Below the pieces are notes generated by a model. It saw nothing but the letters and a program-made list of their open reading frames with translations. It had not been told where the DNA came from and ran no database searches. The translations under genes were made by a program, and so were the position numbers. Shown here one piece after another: positions 40,823 to 48,742 of a stretch of 64,000 nt of DNA. This stretch comes from Patescibacteria group bacterium (GTDB lineage Bacteria; Patescibacteriota; Patescibacteriia; UBA9570; JAHJKD01): assembly GCA_043798935.1 (NCBI GenBank), contig JAZDOC010000002.1:20874-84873 (forward strand), written 5' to 3'. Within the stretch, counting starts at the first letter, position 1, and the number at the start of each line of letters is the position of its first letter.

Positions 40823-42423
40823 TAAATCTCTTTCTTATAGCAATCTTCACAATAAACTTTTTCCGGTCTGCCAGATGAGTAGGTTGATTTTATTTTAGTG
40901 CGGCATTTATTACATTCTCGATCATAAATTTTATTATTATTTCTCCAAGTTAAACGCTCAGCATAACGACACTGATAACACTTATCAGGTTCTAGTAGAT
41001 TATGTTGTTTATAAAAATTAATTTCTTGGGGAATTAATTTAAAATTTTTCTGACAAGTTTTGCATTGCTTAATGTCTTTTGGTAGAGACACGCCATGGCG
41101 TGTCTCTGCATCATCATTTAACCACTGCCAGTCATTTTTTTCTGTTTGTTCTTTATCTAAAGGAAAATAATCCTGGGCATTGGTTTCATTGTAGGCGAAC
41201 AGACTATTTTTAACTGGCATAAACTCTCCCCATTCATTATTCTGCTTCATATACTCAACAATCTGTTTAGTTAATTTATTGTATTCGTCTTCGGAATATT
41301 TTTTATTCAAAATGCAATACTCTTGTTTTTTTAATGATGAACATCCAAAAATAAATTTAGAATTTTGGCAATCAAATGAATAAAAATTATCATTACCGCC
41401 ACAGCAATTTATTGATCCGATTGAGTGTCTGGGCATAGGATAGCTTTCTAAATTTTCATAACCAAATTCACCCACGCCACCATATTCACAATCATAAGAA
41501 TCTTTTATCTGCACCATATTACTTACATGTTTACATTTGTCAGCTTCATGCAAATCAAAACAATTTTCACAATCCTTAGTATTATTTAAATAATCCCCAG
41601 TGGAATTAATAATGCGGCCTAGCTGATTTCGATAACTATGGACAGCTTTATTTTTTATTAAATCTTTAAACTTTTTTAATGCTTCTTGTTGCCCTTCTGA
41701 AGTATTTAATTTTAATTCAGCTAGTTTTTTTTCGTACTCTTCTTTTATATATTGTTTATTCAAAAAACAATATTGTTTATTTCTTAGGTTATAACACATA
41801 GTGCAATTCTGAATATTACGGCAATCATAACAAAATTTGCTTTCGTTTGCAGAAAAACATTTTATTAAAAATTCGCATTCATATAATCTTTCGCCAAAAA
41901 AACTTTGATAAGCCAATTCGGACTTAGTGACATGAAAACAATCAACACAATTTTTACAATATTGCAGCCAGTTGGAATAATAACATTGCTCATTATAGTC
42001 TGAAGAAAAAATCAAATAACAACTGCGATTATTGGTTGTTAGATGCGTATAGGCGGAGTTTTCTGATTTTAAATCAAGCACGGCAATTTGCGGAGTTTTT
42101 AAGATTAGCTCATGCCACTGTTTAAAGAAATCTTTATTAAAATCAAATTCTTGTCCATAATCAAGTGGATTGAATTTGTCTGACCACCAGCAATCACGGC
42201 AATATACAGTTAAACCCGTATCGGGTTTATATTGAGAAATTATTGGTTTGTGGCAAAGGTCGCAAGTACGCTGATATAAATTTCTTTCATTTCTATGAGC
42301 CATTCGTCTTTGCCGCCGGCAATCCGGACACAGCGATGGCTCATTTACATTTATGCGTTTATAAAAGTCTTTATCCTCGCTTGTGGTTTCAAATTGTTTC
42401 GAACATTGGTTACATTGTTTCAT
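40819..42423 (-). CDS. Cys-rich CPR-family protein (terminal CxxC zinc-ribbon clusters, central Cys/aromatic repeats)
   Basis: CNQC..CPDCRRQRR..RNERNLY.R.CDLC, YCILNKKYSEDEY, EWGEF and VYCEDCYKKEIY. Confidence 0.85.
   Translation of the reverse strand: MKQCNQCSKQFETTSEDKDFYKRINVNEPSLCPDCRRQRRMAHRNERNLYQRTCDLCHKPIISQYKPDTGLTVYCRDCWWSDKFNPLDYGQEFDFNKDFFKQWHELILKTPQIAVLDLKSENSAYTHLTTNNRSCYLIFSSDYNEQCYYSNWLQYCKNCVDCFHVTKSELAYQSFFGERLYECEFLIKCFSANESKFCYDCRNIQNCTMCYNLRNKQYCFLNKQYIKEEYEKKLAELKLNTSEGQQEALKKFKDLIKNKAVHSYRNQLGRIINSTGDYLNNTKDCENCFDLHEADKCKHVSNMVQIKDSYDCEYGGVGEFGYENLESYPMPRHSIGSINCCGGNDNFYSFDCQNSKFIFGCSSLKKQEYCILNKKYSEDEYNKLTKQIVEYMKQNNEWGEFMPVKNSLFAYNETNAQDYFPLDKEQTEKNDWQWLNDDAETRHGVSLPKDIKQCKTCQKNFKLIPQEINFYKQHNLLEPDKCYQCRYAERLTWRNNNKIYDRECNKCRTKIKSTYSSGRPEKVYCEDCYKKEIY
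41082..41109. repeat. REP-like family A copy inside the Cys-rich gene
   Basis: GTAGAGACACGCCATGGCGTGTCTCTGC, translated as AETRHGVSLP. Confidence 0.85.
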
Positions 42424-42441
42424 AATGTTTAATATAAATTA

Positions 42442-42924
42442 TTAATTTAATATAATCAAGATACTTGATATTTTATTTAAAATATTTATAGAAAAATTTG
42501 TGTGCCGCCAGCTCTCTCTCGAGATCCAGCGGTTGTATCTCCAGAAGCACTCAGCTTCGTCTAAATATCCTTCAGACCAGTGGGGGCCCGAAGGAAGTTC
42601 ATGCCCGCTTATGAGTGCTCCCATAGGATTTTCAAATTCGAATACACAATAATGTAATGTTCTTACCATTTTATATTCGGGGTCAGCATACCAAAGACCC
42701 GGAAACATTATGGCAGGGTGCATTACCATATTATGGTAATAAAAATCCAGTAATTCATTAGTAGGGATTTCATTGCAGTATTTCTTGATCCACAAGAAAT
42801 CTTCTTCGCTGTAACGTCGTAGCTGCAAGGCCTCTTTCCACTGTTTTTCACTAGTCACAGATACCACGGTGAACTCACGTCCACCGAGGACCACTGTTTC
42901 AGGCAGTTTGCTTGAGATGTACAT
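42442..42924 (-). CDS. Hypothetical protein in a GC-richer segment
   Basis: AAGGA SD before MYISSKLPET; aromatic-rich; AT-rich tail. Confidence 0.55.
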   Translation of the reverse strand: MYISSKLPETVVLGGREFTVVSVTSEKQWKEALQLRRYSEEDFLWIKKYCNEIPTNELLDFYYHNMVMHPAIMFPGLWYADPEYKMVRTLHYCVFEFENPMGALISGHELPSGPHWSEGYLDEAECFWRYNRWISRESWRHTNFSINILNKISSILIILN

Positions 42925-43074
42925 TGTATTTTCCTTTGATATCCAAAGCGCGAGATTACGCATGGAGTTCCGTTGTTGGAACAACTCATAATAAACTATA
43001 CTGAATATATGTCAATTTTATGATTAGTTTTTTTGCTAAGATTAGATATTTTGCTAACTTTAGTAAAAATATTA

Positions 43075-43114
43075 TGTCAAAAATATTGACATTTATAAAA
43101 AAATTAGATAAAAT
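43075..43114 (+). promoter_or_regulatory. TGTCA-N7-TGACA box plus sigma70 promoter of TrmB-like gene 3
   Basis: TGTCA-AAAATAT-TGACA; TTGACA(43086)-17-TAAAAT(43109). Confidence 0.7.
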
Positions 43115-43117
43115 AAA

Positions 43118-43146
43118 AATGTTATGATCGACCTTGTGTCGATCAG
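43118..43146. repeat. Palindrome family E, copy 2
   Basis: AATGTTATGATCGA-CCTTGTG-TCGATCAG. Confidence 0.7.
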
Positions 43147-43158
43147 ATAATAAAACAT

Positions 43159-43923
43159 ATGAACTATAAACAAGTATTAAAACAATTCGGCCTTACAGAC
43201 AAAGAAACAGAAATATATCTGGCTTGTTTGCAGTTAGGAAACGACACAGTTCTTAACATTGCTAACAAAGCCGAAATAAAACGACCTACAACATATAATA
43301 TTCTCGAAGACCTAATCGAAAAAGGATTAATTTCAAGAAGCAAACAAAACAATAAAAACATATATATTGCTGAAAATCCGGATAAGCTCAATAAATTAGC
43401 CCAAATCAATAAAAACAACATTGAAGCGATCATTCCAGATTTGAACGCTATATATAATGTTCCACGTGGAACTTCAAAACCAACTATTAAAGTATATGAA
43501 GGATTAAATGCTGTTAAAAGTGTTTATTTAGAAATAATGGATTCTATTAAAGGCAAAGATTTAATGAGATTATATGGATCTATGAGCGATGTGGAGGAAA
43601 ACTTTAAAGATATTACCCATTTTTGGGCAGAAAAGAATCAGTATAAAAATTATCATATTAATGATTTATTAAATCCTGATTTATCCGAAAACCAAAAGTT
43701 TATAAATTCAATTAAAAGCATTGATAATCCAAATTATAAAATCAGATCATTGCCACAGGAGTATAAATTCAATAATATAGATAATATCATCTACAAAAAT
43801 ACAATAGCTATTATTTCTGTTAAAAAAGATATTACTGCTACTGTTATTGAAAACGAAGATATAGCCAATGCCTATAAAACAATGTTCGATATTGTTTGGA
43901 ATATATCAAAAGAAATAAAATAA
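43159..43923 (+). CDS. TrmB-family regulator (CPR type), paralogue 3
   Basis: FGLTDKETEIYLACLQLG...IANKAEIKRPTTY; IIYKNTIAIIS...IENEDIANAYKTMFDIVW. Confidence 0.9.
   Translation: MNYKQVLKQFGLTDKETEIYLACLQLGNDTVLNIANKAEIKRPTTYNILEDLIEKGLISRSKQNNKNIYIAENPDKLNKLAQINKNNIEAIIPDLNAIYNVPRGTSKPTIKVYEGLNAVKSVYLEIMDSIKGKDLMRLYGSMSDVEENFKDITHFWAEKNQYKNYHINDLLNPDLSENQKFINSIKSIDNPNYKIRSLPQEYKFNNIDNIIYKNTIAIISVKKDITATVIENEDIANAYKTMFDIVWNISKEIK
43458..43473. promoter_or_regulatory. parS-like site (intragenic, 15/16 match to the copy at 43931)
   Basis: TGTTCCACGTGGAACT. Confidence 0.55.
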
Positions 43924-43930
43924 TTATCAA

Positions 43931-43946
43931 TGTTCCACGTGGAACA
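43931..43946. promoter_or_regulatory. parS centromere-like site
   Basis: Perfect palindrome TGTTCCACGTGGAACA, matching the bacterial parS consensus. Confidence 0.7.
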
Positions 43947-43957
43947 AAAATCAATAT

Positions 43958-43995
43958 ATAATGAAGGCGCGATTACGTAATCGCGCCTTCATTAT
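43958..43995. repeat. Palindrome family B (perfect), likely terminator for convergent transcripts
   Basis: ATAATGAAGGCGCGATTACGTAATCGCGCCTTCATTAT. Confidence 0.8.
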
Positions 43996-44004
43996 TTTAT
44001 TATT

Positions 44005-44221
44005 ATGTGGACCCTAGGAGAGTTGCCCGCCCGAGGCGGGTCCGCCTTAGGCGGAAATTCCTGAACTTCCCGACGTGACGTCGGCACGCTCTATAGTAAA
44101 AACTGATTAAAATGTGGACCCTAGGAGAGTTGCCCGCCCGAGGCGGGTCCGCCTTAGGCGGAAATTCCTGAACTTCCCGACGTGACGTCGGCACGCTCTA
44201 TAGTAAAAACTGATTAAAATG
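44005..44221 (-). repeat. Two identical 107-bp tandem repeats derived from tRNA-Ala (tRNA-linked repeats)
   Basis: Period 107 (44005, 44112, 44219). Each unit ends in TCTCCTAGGGTCCA, the tRNA-Ala 3' end. Confidence 0.92.
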
Positions 44222-44297
44222 TGGTGGACCCTAGGAGATTCGAACTCCTGACCTCTCCCATGCCATGGGAGCGCTCTACCAACTGAGCTAAGGGCCC
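44222..44297 (-). tRNA. tRNA-Ala(GGC)
   Basis: GGGCCCT/AGGGTCC acceptor stem with G3:U70; CTCCC-ATGGCAT-GGGAG; encoded CCA. Confidence 0.96.
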
Positions 44298-44406
44298 GTT
44301 TTCTCAAATATATTTTGACACACAATTATTATCATACACCTTTTCGACAATAATTTCAATAGTAATGCTGTGGGTAATACTACTGTGGTGTCATTATATC
44401 ATTTTG

Positions 44407-44478
44407 TGCCCCCGGGGGGAATCGGACCACCATCTAGGCTTTAGGAGTGCCTTGTTCTATCCATTGAACTACGGGGAC
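44407..44478 (-). tRNA. tRNA-Arg(CCT), atypical
   Basis: GTCCCCG acceptor stem; loop CTCCTAA; A:A mismatch in the anticodon stem, T:C mismatch in the T stem, T-loop TCCGATT. Confidence 0.8.
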
Positions 44479-44490
44479 TTATAATATTGT

Positions 44491-44540
44491 TTGTTATCCA
44501 TTGCCAGCCCGAAGCTGGTCCGCCTTTGGCGAAAACTACG
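44491..44540 (-). pseudogene. tRNA-Arg D-arm fragment interrupted by a 30-bp twin-hairpin element
   Basis: Removing 44504-44533 restores TATCCATTGAACTACG, as in the adjacent tRNA-Arg. Confidence 0.7.
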
Positions 44541-44607
44541 ATGATAATATATTATGAAATCTTAAATATATTTGCTAACACTAGCTATTTTTAAGTGTCG
44601 TAAAATA

Positions 44608-44763
44608 CTATTTCTGTAATATTGAAGTATAAAATGAATGAGCCCAAGATTCTAATTTATTACTTCTTGAATCATAAATAATTAAAAGAGCCAAAATTAA
44701 AATAAAACTAGCAATTAAAGCAAAGATCATTAACAAATCTTTTTTCATGTGGGATTGATCCAT
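44608..44763 (-). CDS. Small single-TM hypothetical protein (51 aa)
   Basis: MDQSHMKKDLLMIFALIASFILILALLIIYDSRSNKLESWAHSFYTSILQK; below the ORF-track length cutoff. Confidence 0.55.
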   Translation of the reverse strand: MDQSHMKKDLLMIFALIASFILILALLIIYDSRSNKLESWAHSFYTSILQK

Positions 44764-44907
44764 ATTTTTTTTATTTGAGCTTAATTTTTTATTAAAATCT
44801 AATTATATATTTTATCAACATTTTGAAATTCCACAAGGGTATTTACAAACCGACTATCCTATTATAATCTATATACTGCTTTTTATCCAAATATTAAAAA
44901 AAATTTT

Positions 44908-45315
44908 ATGCGTCCCATGTTTAAAAGTGAAGATGAAGGCTACACCAGCCAAGAAGCCGAAACTATTATCGGCAAGTCTGTTAAAATTGAAGGAACGTTC
45001 AACGGTGAAGGAAATATTATTGTCGAAGGTGAAGTAGAGGGAAATTTAAAAACCAATGAAGACCTAATTGTAAAACCAGGCGCAAAAATTTCAGCTGATG
45101 TTGAAGCCGCTAACATGAAAATTTCCGGTGAAATTAAAGGCAACATTAAATGTCATGGCAGTTTGGAAATTACTAGTACTGGTAATGTAATGGGAGATCT
45201 TGAAACTAAAATATTATCAATTGCATCGGGAGCAGTTTTAAAAGGCCAGTGTCAAGTTGAAGGAGCTAGCGGCTCTACTTTTTCTTCAGAAACCGAAACT
45301 GATGATCAAGAATAA
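44908..45315 (+). CDS. Bactofilin (polymer-forming cytoskeletal protein)
   Basis: ETIIGKSVKIEG...I.VEGEVEG...V.GD...LSIASGA.LKG beta-helix pattern. Confidence 0.93.
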   Translation: MRPMFKSEDEGYTSQEAETIIGKSVKIEGTFNGEGNIIVEGEVEGNLKTNEDLIVKPGAKISADVEAANMKISGEIKGNIKCHGSLEITSTGNVMGDLETKILSIASGAVLKGQCQVEGASGSTFSSETETDDQE

Positions 45316-45330
45316 ATAGAATAACTGAAA

Positions 45331-46110
45331 ATGTTTTTCTATTATTATGATGCTTTTGTAAGTGATAAAAAAAACGAGGAAGAACTTACTAAGGCTGAAA
45401 ATCGATTAATTACTTTGGGCATCAATGGCAGAATTGAAAAGTCTTCGGTTTTGCGTAATGCCAAAGAATCCATTGAAGACGGCATTAAACAAGGAGCTCA
45501 TACTATAATCGCGGTTGGTGACGACAACACTCTAACAAAAGTAGTTAATATTGCTGCTGAAAAAAATGTAACTATTGGTTTTATTCCCATGATTAAAAAT
45601 TCTAAATTTGCGGAAATATTAGGCATCGCTGATTCGCTGGAAGCATGCAATATTTTATCTAAACGCTTAACTAAAAAAATCAATCTAGGAAAAGCTAATC
45701 TGAATTATTTTTTAGCTTCGCTGAATTTACCACAGTCTGACGGTTTACAAATAGAGTGCGATGAAAAATTTAAAATAAGTTTGCGCCATCATAATTGTAA
45801 ATTATCCATTTATAATCTGGGTAATTTTTTAATAGCGTCCAAGAGAGAAGATTGGAAATTATTTCCAGGGCGGAGTAATCATTTATTTGTTTCAATTTTA
45901 CCGCAAAGCAAAAAAAAATTTGGTGGTTTAGTTCGCACGTCAAACCAGGAAAGAGAGAGTATATTTCCGGCTAAAAAAATTAAAATTACATCCCCGGATA
46001 TTTCGGCGCCAGTTATATTAGATGAACAAACTACTTTAAAAACTCCAGTGACAGTTTCATTCAAACCTAAAAAAATAACTTTTATTGTGGGGCGAAACCG
46101 CAAGATATAA
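45331..46110 (+). CDS. Diacylglycerol kinase catalytic-domain-like protein
   Basis: TIIAVGDDNT..KVVN, IGFIP, A.ILGI and INLGK (degenerate GGDGT). Confidence 0.7.
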   Translation: MFFYYYDAFVSDKKNEEELTKAENRLITLGINGRIEKSSVLRNAKESIEDGIKQGAHTIIAVGDDNTLTKVVNIAAEKNVTIGFIPMIKNSKFAEILGIADSLEACNILSKRLTKKINLGKANLNYFLASLNLPQSDGLQIECDEKFKISLRHHNCKLSIYNLGNFLIASKREDWKLFPGRSNHLFVSILPQSKKKFGGLVRTSNQERESIFPAKKIKITSPDISAPVILDEQTTLKTPVTVSFKPKKITFIVGRNRKI

Positions 46111-46146
46111 AGAGTATTATTTTTAAAATATGTTTTATTTTTTTTT

Positions 46147-46178
46147 ACCCTGAATAAATTCAGAGCCTAAAAAAATAA
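46147..46178. repeat. Repeat family F, copy 2
   Basis: ACCCTGAATAAATTCAGAGCCTAAAAAAATAA. Confidence 0.6.
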
Positions 46179-46361
46179 TTTATATACACCTTTTAATTAT
46201 TGAAATGGGACAGGCCTCGAATTCATTCGGTGCATACTGGCTTATTTGTTTTGTACCACGCTGTTTTTTTATTTTTAAAATCGCGCCATAAAATAGTTGA
46301 CATTTTCGCTAAAAAAATATAAAGTAAATAAACGAAATTAACTTTACCTTGCTAAAACAAC

Positions 46362-48362
46362 ATGAATGTAAGCGAACTGATTAGAAAACTTAAAATGAAC
46401 AGGGAAGAATTCTTTGGCTTGGCTAAAGATTTAGGATTTGGTATTGGTGAGCGCGCCATAAAAATTGATGATCGCGTAGCTAATAAACTGACCGAAGCAA
46501 TTAAACAGCATTTTAAACAAAGTGCTAAGCGAAGCTTATTTGCCGATGAGTCTACTGCTACCGCCGATACCCAAGACGTTACTGACAATAAAGATGAACA
46601 GAAAATAGTTTTAATACCAGAAAAAATTACAGTTAAAAATTTTGCTGACAGGCTGCATAAACAGGTGACAGATTTAATTGCCATCTTACTTAAAAACGGC
46701 ATGATGGCCACAATTAATGAAAATTTAGATTTTGAAACTGCCTCAATTATTGCTGAAGATTTAGGATTCAAGCCAGAAAAAGAAACTGATGTTACCGAAG
46801 AAAAACATGCTGAAAAAGAAACTAAAAAAATTGCCGAAATATTAAAGCTAGAAAGCCAACAAAAAAGCACCTTGAAAGAGCGCCCGCCAGTAATTGTGGT
46901 AATGGGCCATGTTGATCATGGTAAAACAAAACTGCTCGATGCTATTCGACACACTAATGTTGTAGATGAAGAAGCTGGTGGTATTACTCAGAGCATTGGC
47001 GCTTACCAGGTTGAACACAATGGACGATTAATAACATTTATTGACACACCCGGTCATGAAGCTTTTACTGCGATGCGTTCCCGTGGTGCTAATGTAGCTG
47101 ATTTGGCTATCTTAGTTGTCGCGGCCGACGATGGCGTAAAACCACAAACCGTGGAAGCCATTGAAATTATGGAAAAAGCCCAGTTGCCTTATGTTGTGGC
47201 GATTAATAAAATTGATAAAGAAACAGCTGATGTTGAAAAAGTGAAAAAGAATTTAAGCGACTTGAATTTAATTCCGGAAGAGTGGGGTGGTAAAACAATT
47301 TGTGTTCCCATTTCGGCTAAACAACATTTACATATCGATGAACTATTAGACATGCTTCTATTATTAGCCGACATGAATAAAGAAAAAATCATGGCTAACC
47401 CTAACCGAGATGCTGTGGGTACGATTATCGAATCTAAAATTGATAAAGACTCGGGCCCAATCGCCACTGTATTAGTTCAAACTGGAACATTAAAAATTGG
47501 TGATCTGGTAATAGTAGGCCAAGTATCAGGAAAAATTAAAGCACTAAAAAACTGGAAAGGTAATCAGCAAGATAAAGCTCTACCAGCTACACCAGTAAGA
47601 TTCTTGGGTTTAAAAGGCGCTCCAGTTGTGGGTGATGTTTTACAGGTGACCACAGATAAAAAAGCTTTGAAGACAAAACAGAAACAATATCAGAGTTTTG
47701 GATTTTTACAGGCGCAAAAGCCAACCGAAGACACGGAAGAAACAAAACAATTAAAAGTAGTTTTAAAAGCCGATACTTTAGGATCACTAGAGGCTATTAT
47801 TTCATCTCTAGAAAAAATTCAACATAAAGAAGTTAGCATTTCGATAGTTAATAAAGGCTTGGGTAATATCACTGAAAAAGATATTGATCAAGCCGAGGCC
47901 GGCAAAGCTGTGATCGTTGGTTTTAATGTTTCTCTGACGCCGACCGGGCAAGACCACGCTCATGGCACTACGATCGTCATTAAAACTTACAAAATAATTT
48001 ACGAGTTGATTGATTTCATTAAAGAACAACTAGAAGCATTGCTACCACCGGAAATTATTTATGAAAAAGTTGGCGTTTTAAAAGTTTTAGCAATTTTCAA
48101 ATCGGCGAACAAGTACACAATTTTGGGTGGCCGAGTTGAAGAGGGTATCATTAAAGACAAAGCCATTGTAAAAATATTCAGAAGTGAAAAACAAATCGGC
48201 GAAGGCACAATTAGCCAATTACAATCTGAGAAAAAAAATGTTTCGGAAATTAAAGCCAAGGGTACAGAATGTGGTATTCAATTAAGTAGCGAGGCAACCC
48301 TGGCACAAAATGACATTTTAGAAATTTACGAGAAACGAGAAATAAAGAAAAAATTATTTTAA
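46362..48362 (+). CDS. infB: Translation initiation factor IF-2
   Basis: RPPVIVVMGHVDHGKT, GGITQ, DTPGHEAF and NKID. Confidence 0.98.
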   Translation: MNVSELIRKLKMNREEFFGLAKDLGFGIGERAIKIDDRVANKLTEAIKQHFKQSAKRSLFADESTATADTQDVTDNKDEQKIVLIPEKITVKNFADRLHKQVTDLIAILLKNGMMATINENLDFETASIIAEDLGFKPEKETDVTEEKHAEKETKKIAEILKLESQQKSTLKERPPVIVVMGHVDHGKTKLLDAIRHTNVVDEEAGGITQSIGAYQVEHNGRLITFIDTPGHEAFTAMRSRGANVADLAILVVAADDGVKPQTVEAIEIMEKAQLPYVVAINKIDKETADVEKVKKNLSDLNLIPEEWGGKTICVPISAKQHLHIDELLDMLLLLADMNKEKIMANPNRDAVGTIIESKIDKDSGPIATVLVQTGTLKIGDLVIVGQVSGKIKALKNWKGNQQDKALPATPVRFLGLKGAPVVGDVLQVTTDKKALKTKQKQYQSFGFLQAQKPTEDTEETKQLKVVLKADTLGSLEAIISSLEKIQHKEVSISIVNKGLGNITEKDIDQAEAGKAVIVGFNVSLTPTGQDHAHGTTIVIKTYKIIYELIDFIKEQLEALLPPEIIYEKVGVLKVLAIFKSANKYTILGGRVEEGIIKDKAIVKIFRSEKQIGEGTISQLQSEKKNVSEIKAKGTECGIQLSSEATLAQNDILEIYEKREIKKKLF

Positions 48363-48695
48363 ATGAATAAACGCATATCGCAAATTAATGAACTCATCCG
48401 TTCTTTAATTGGTAAAGCAATTTTAGAAGAAATTGAATTACCACTGGGCTCATTAGTAACAGTGGTAAAAGTTGATACTGCGCCCGATCTTAAAACTACC
48501 ATAGTAAATATTAGCATCCTGCCAGACAACAGAAGTTTGTCCATATTTGAATTCCTTAATAAAAAAATAGTGCGAATTCAAAGATACGTTGGTAAAAATT
48601 TATCATTAAGAAACACGCCGCGTATTACTTTTAAATTAGATTTTACCGAGCGTCGAGCATCCCACATGGATCAAGTGCTTGACAGTTTACAATAA
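48363..48695 (+). CDS. rbfA: Ribosome-binding factor A
   Basis: R..QINELI, VTVVKV...PDL and LRNTPRITFKLD; follows infB. Confidence 0.9.
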   Translation: MNKRISQINELIRSLIGKAILEEIELPLGSLVTVVKVDTAPDLKTTIVNISILPDNRSLSIFEFLNKKIVRIQRYVGKNLSLRNTPRITFKLDFTERRASHMDQVLDSLQ

Positions 48696-48742
48696 AACAT
48701 ATATATTAATTAGCTCGTTTTGATTAATCCTTTTTTTATTAT

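Noticed and set aside
44069-44085. Opal-suppressor or Sec tRNA suggested by the TCA-centred hairpin in the repeat
   Set aside because: No 5' acceptor strand, no U33-type loop and a disrupted T arm; it cannot form a functional tRNA.
44005-44221. CRISPR array
   Set aside because: Units are fully identical with no unique spacers, are tRNA-derived, and no cas genes are nearby.
44003-44325. ORFs 44003-44194 and 44107-44325
   Set aside because: Translations of the tRNA-Ala gene and its repeats; no independent coding evidence.
36368-44540. Prophage or integrative element at tRNA-Ala/Arg
   Set aside because: No integrase, transposase or phage genes, and the housekeeping gene yggS lies within the region.
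44300-44900. oriC at the gene-orientation switch
   Set aside because: Only isolated imperfect DnaA-box-like 9-mers, no dnaA/dnaN nearby, and the 16S gene would be head-on; not supportable without GC-skew data.
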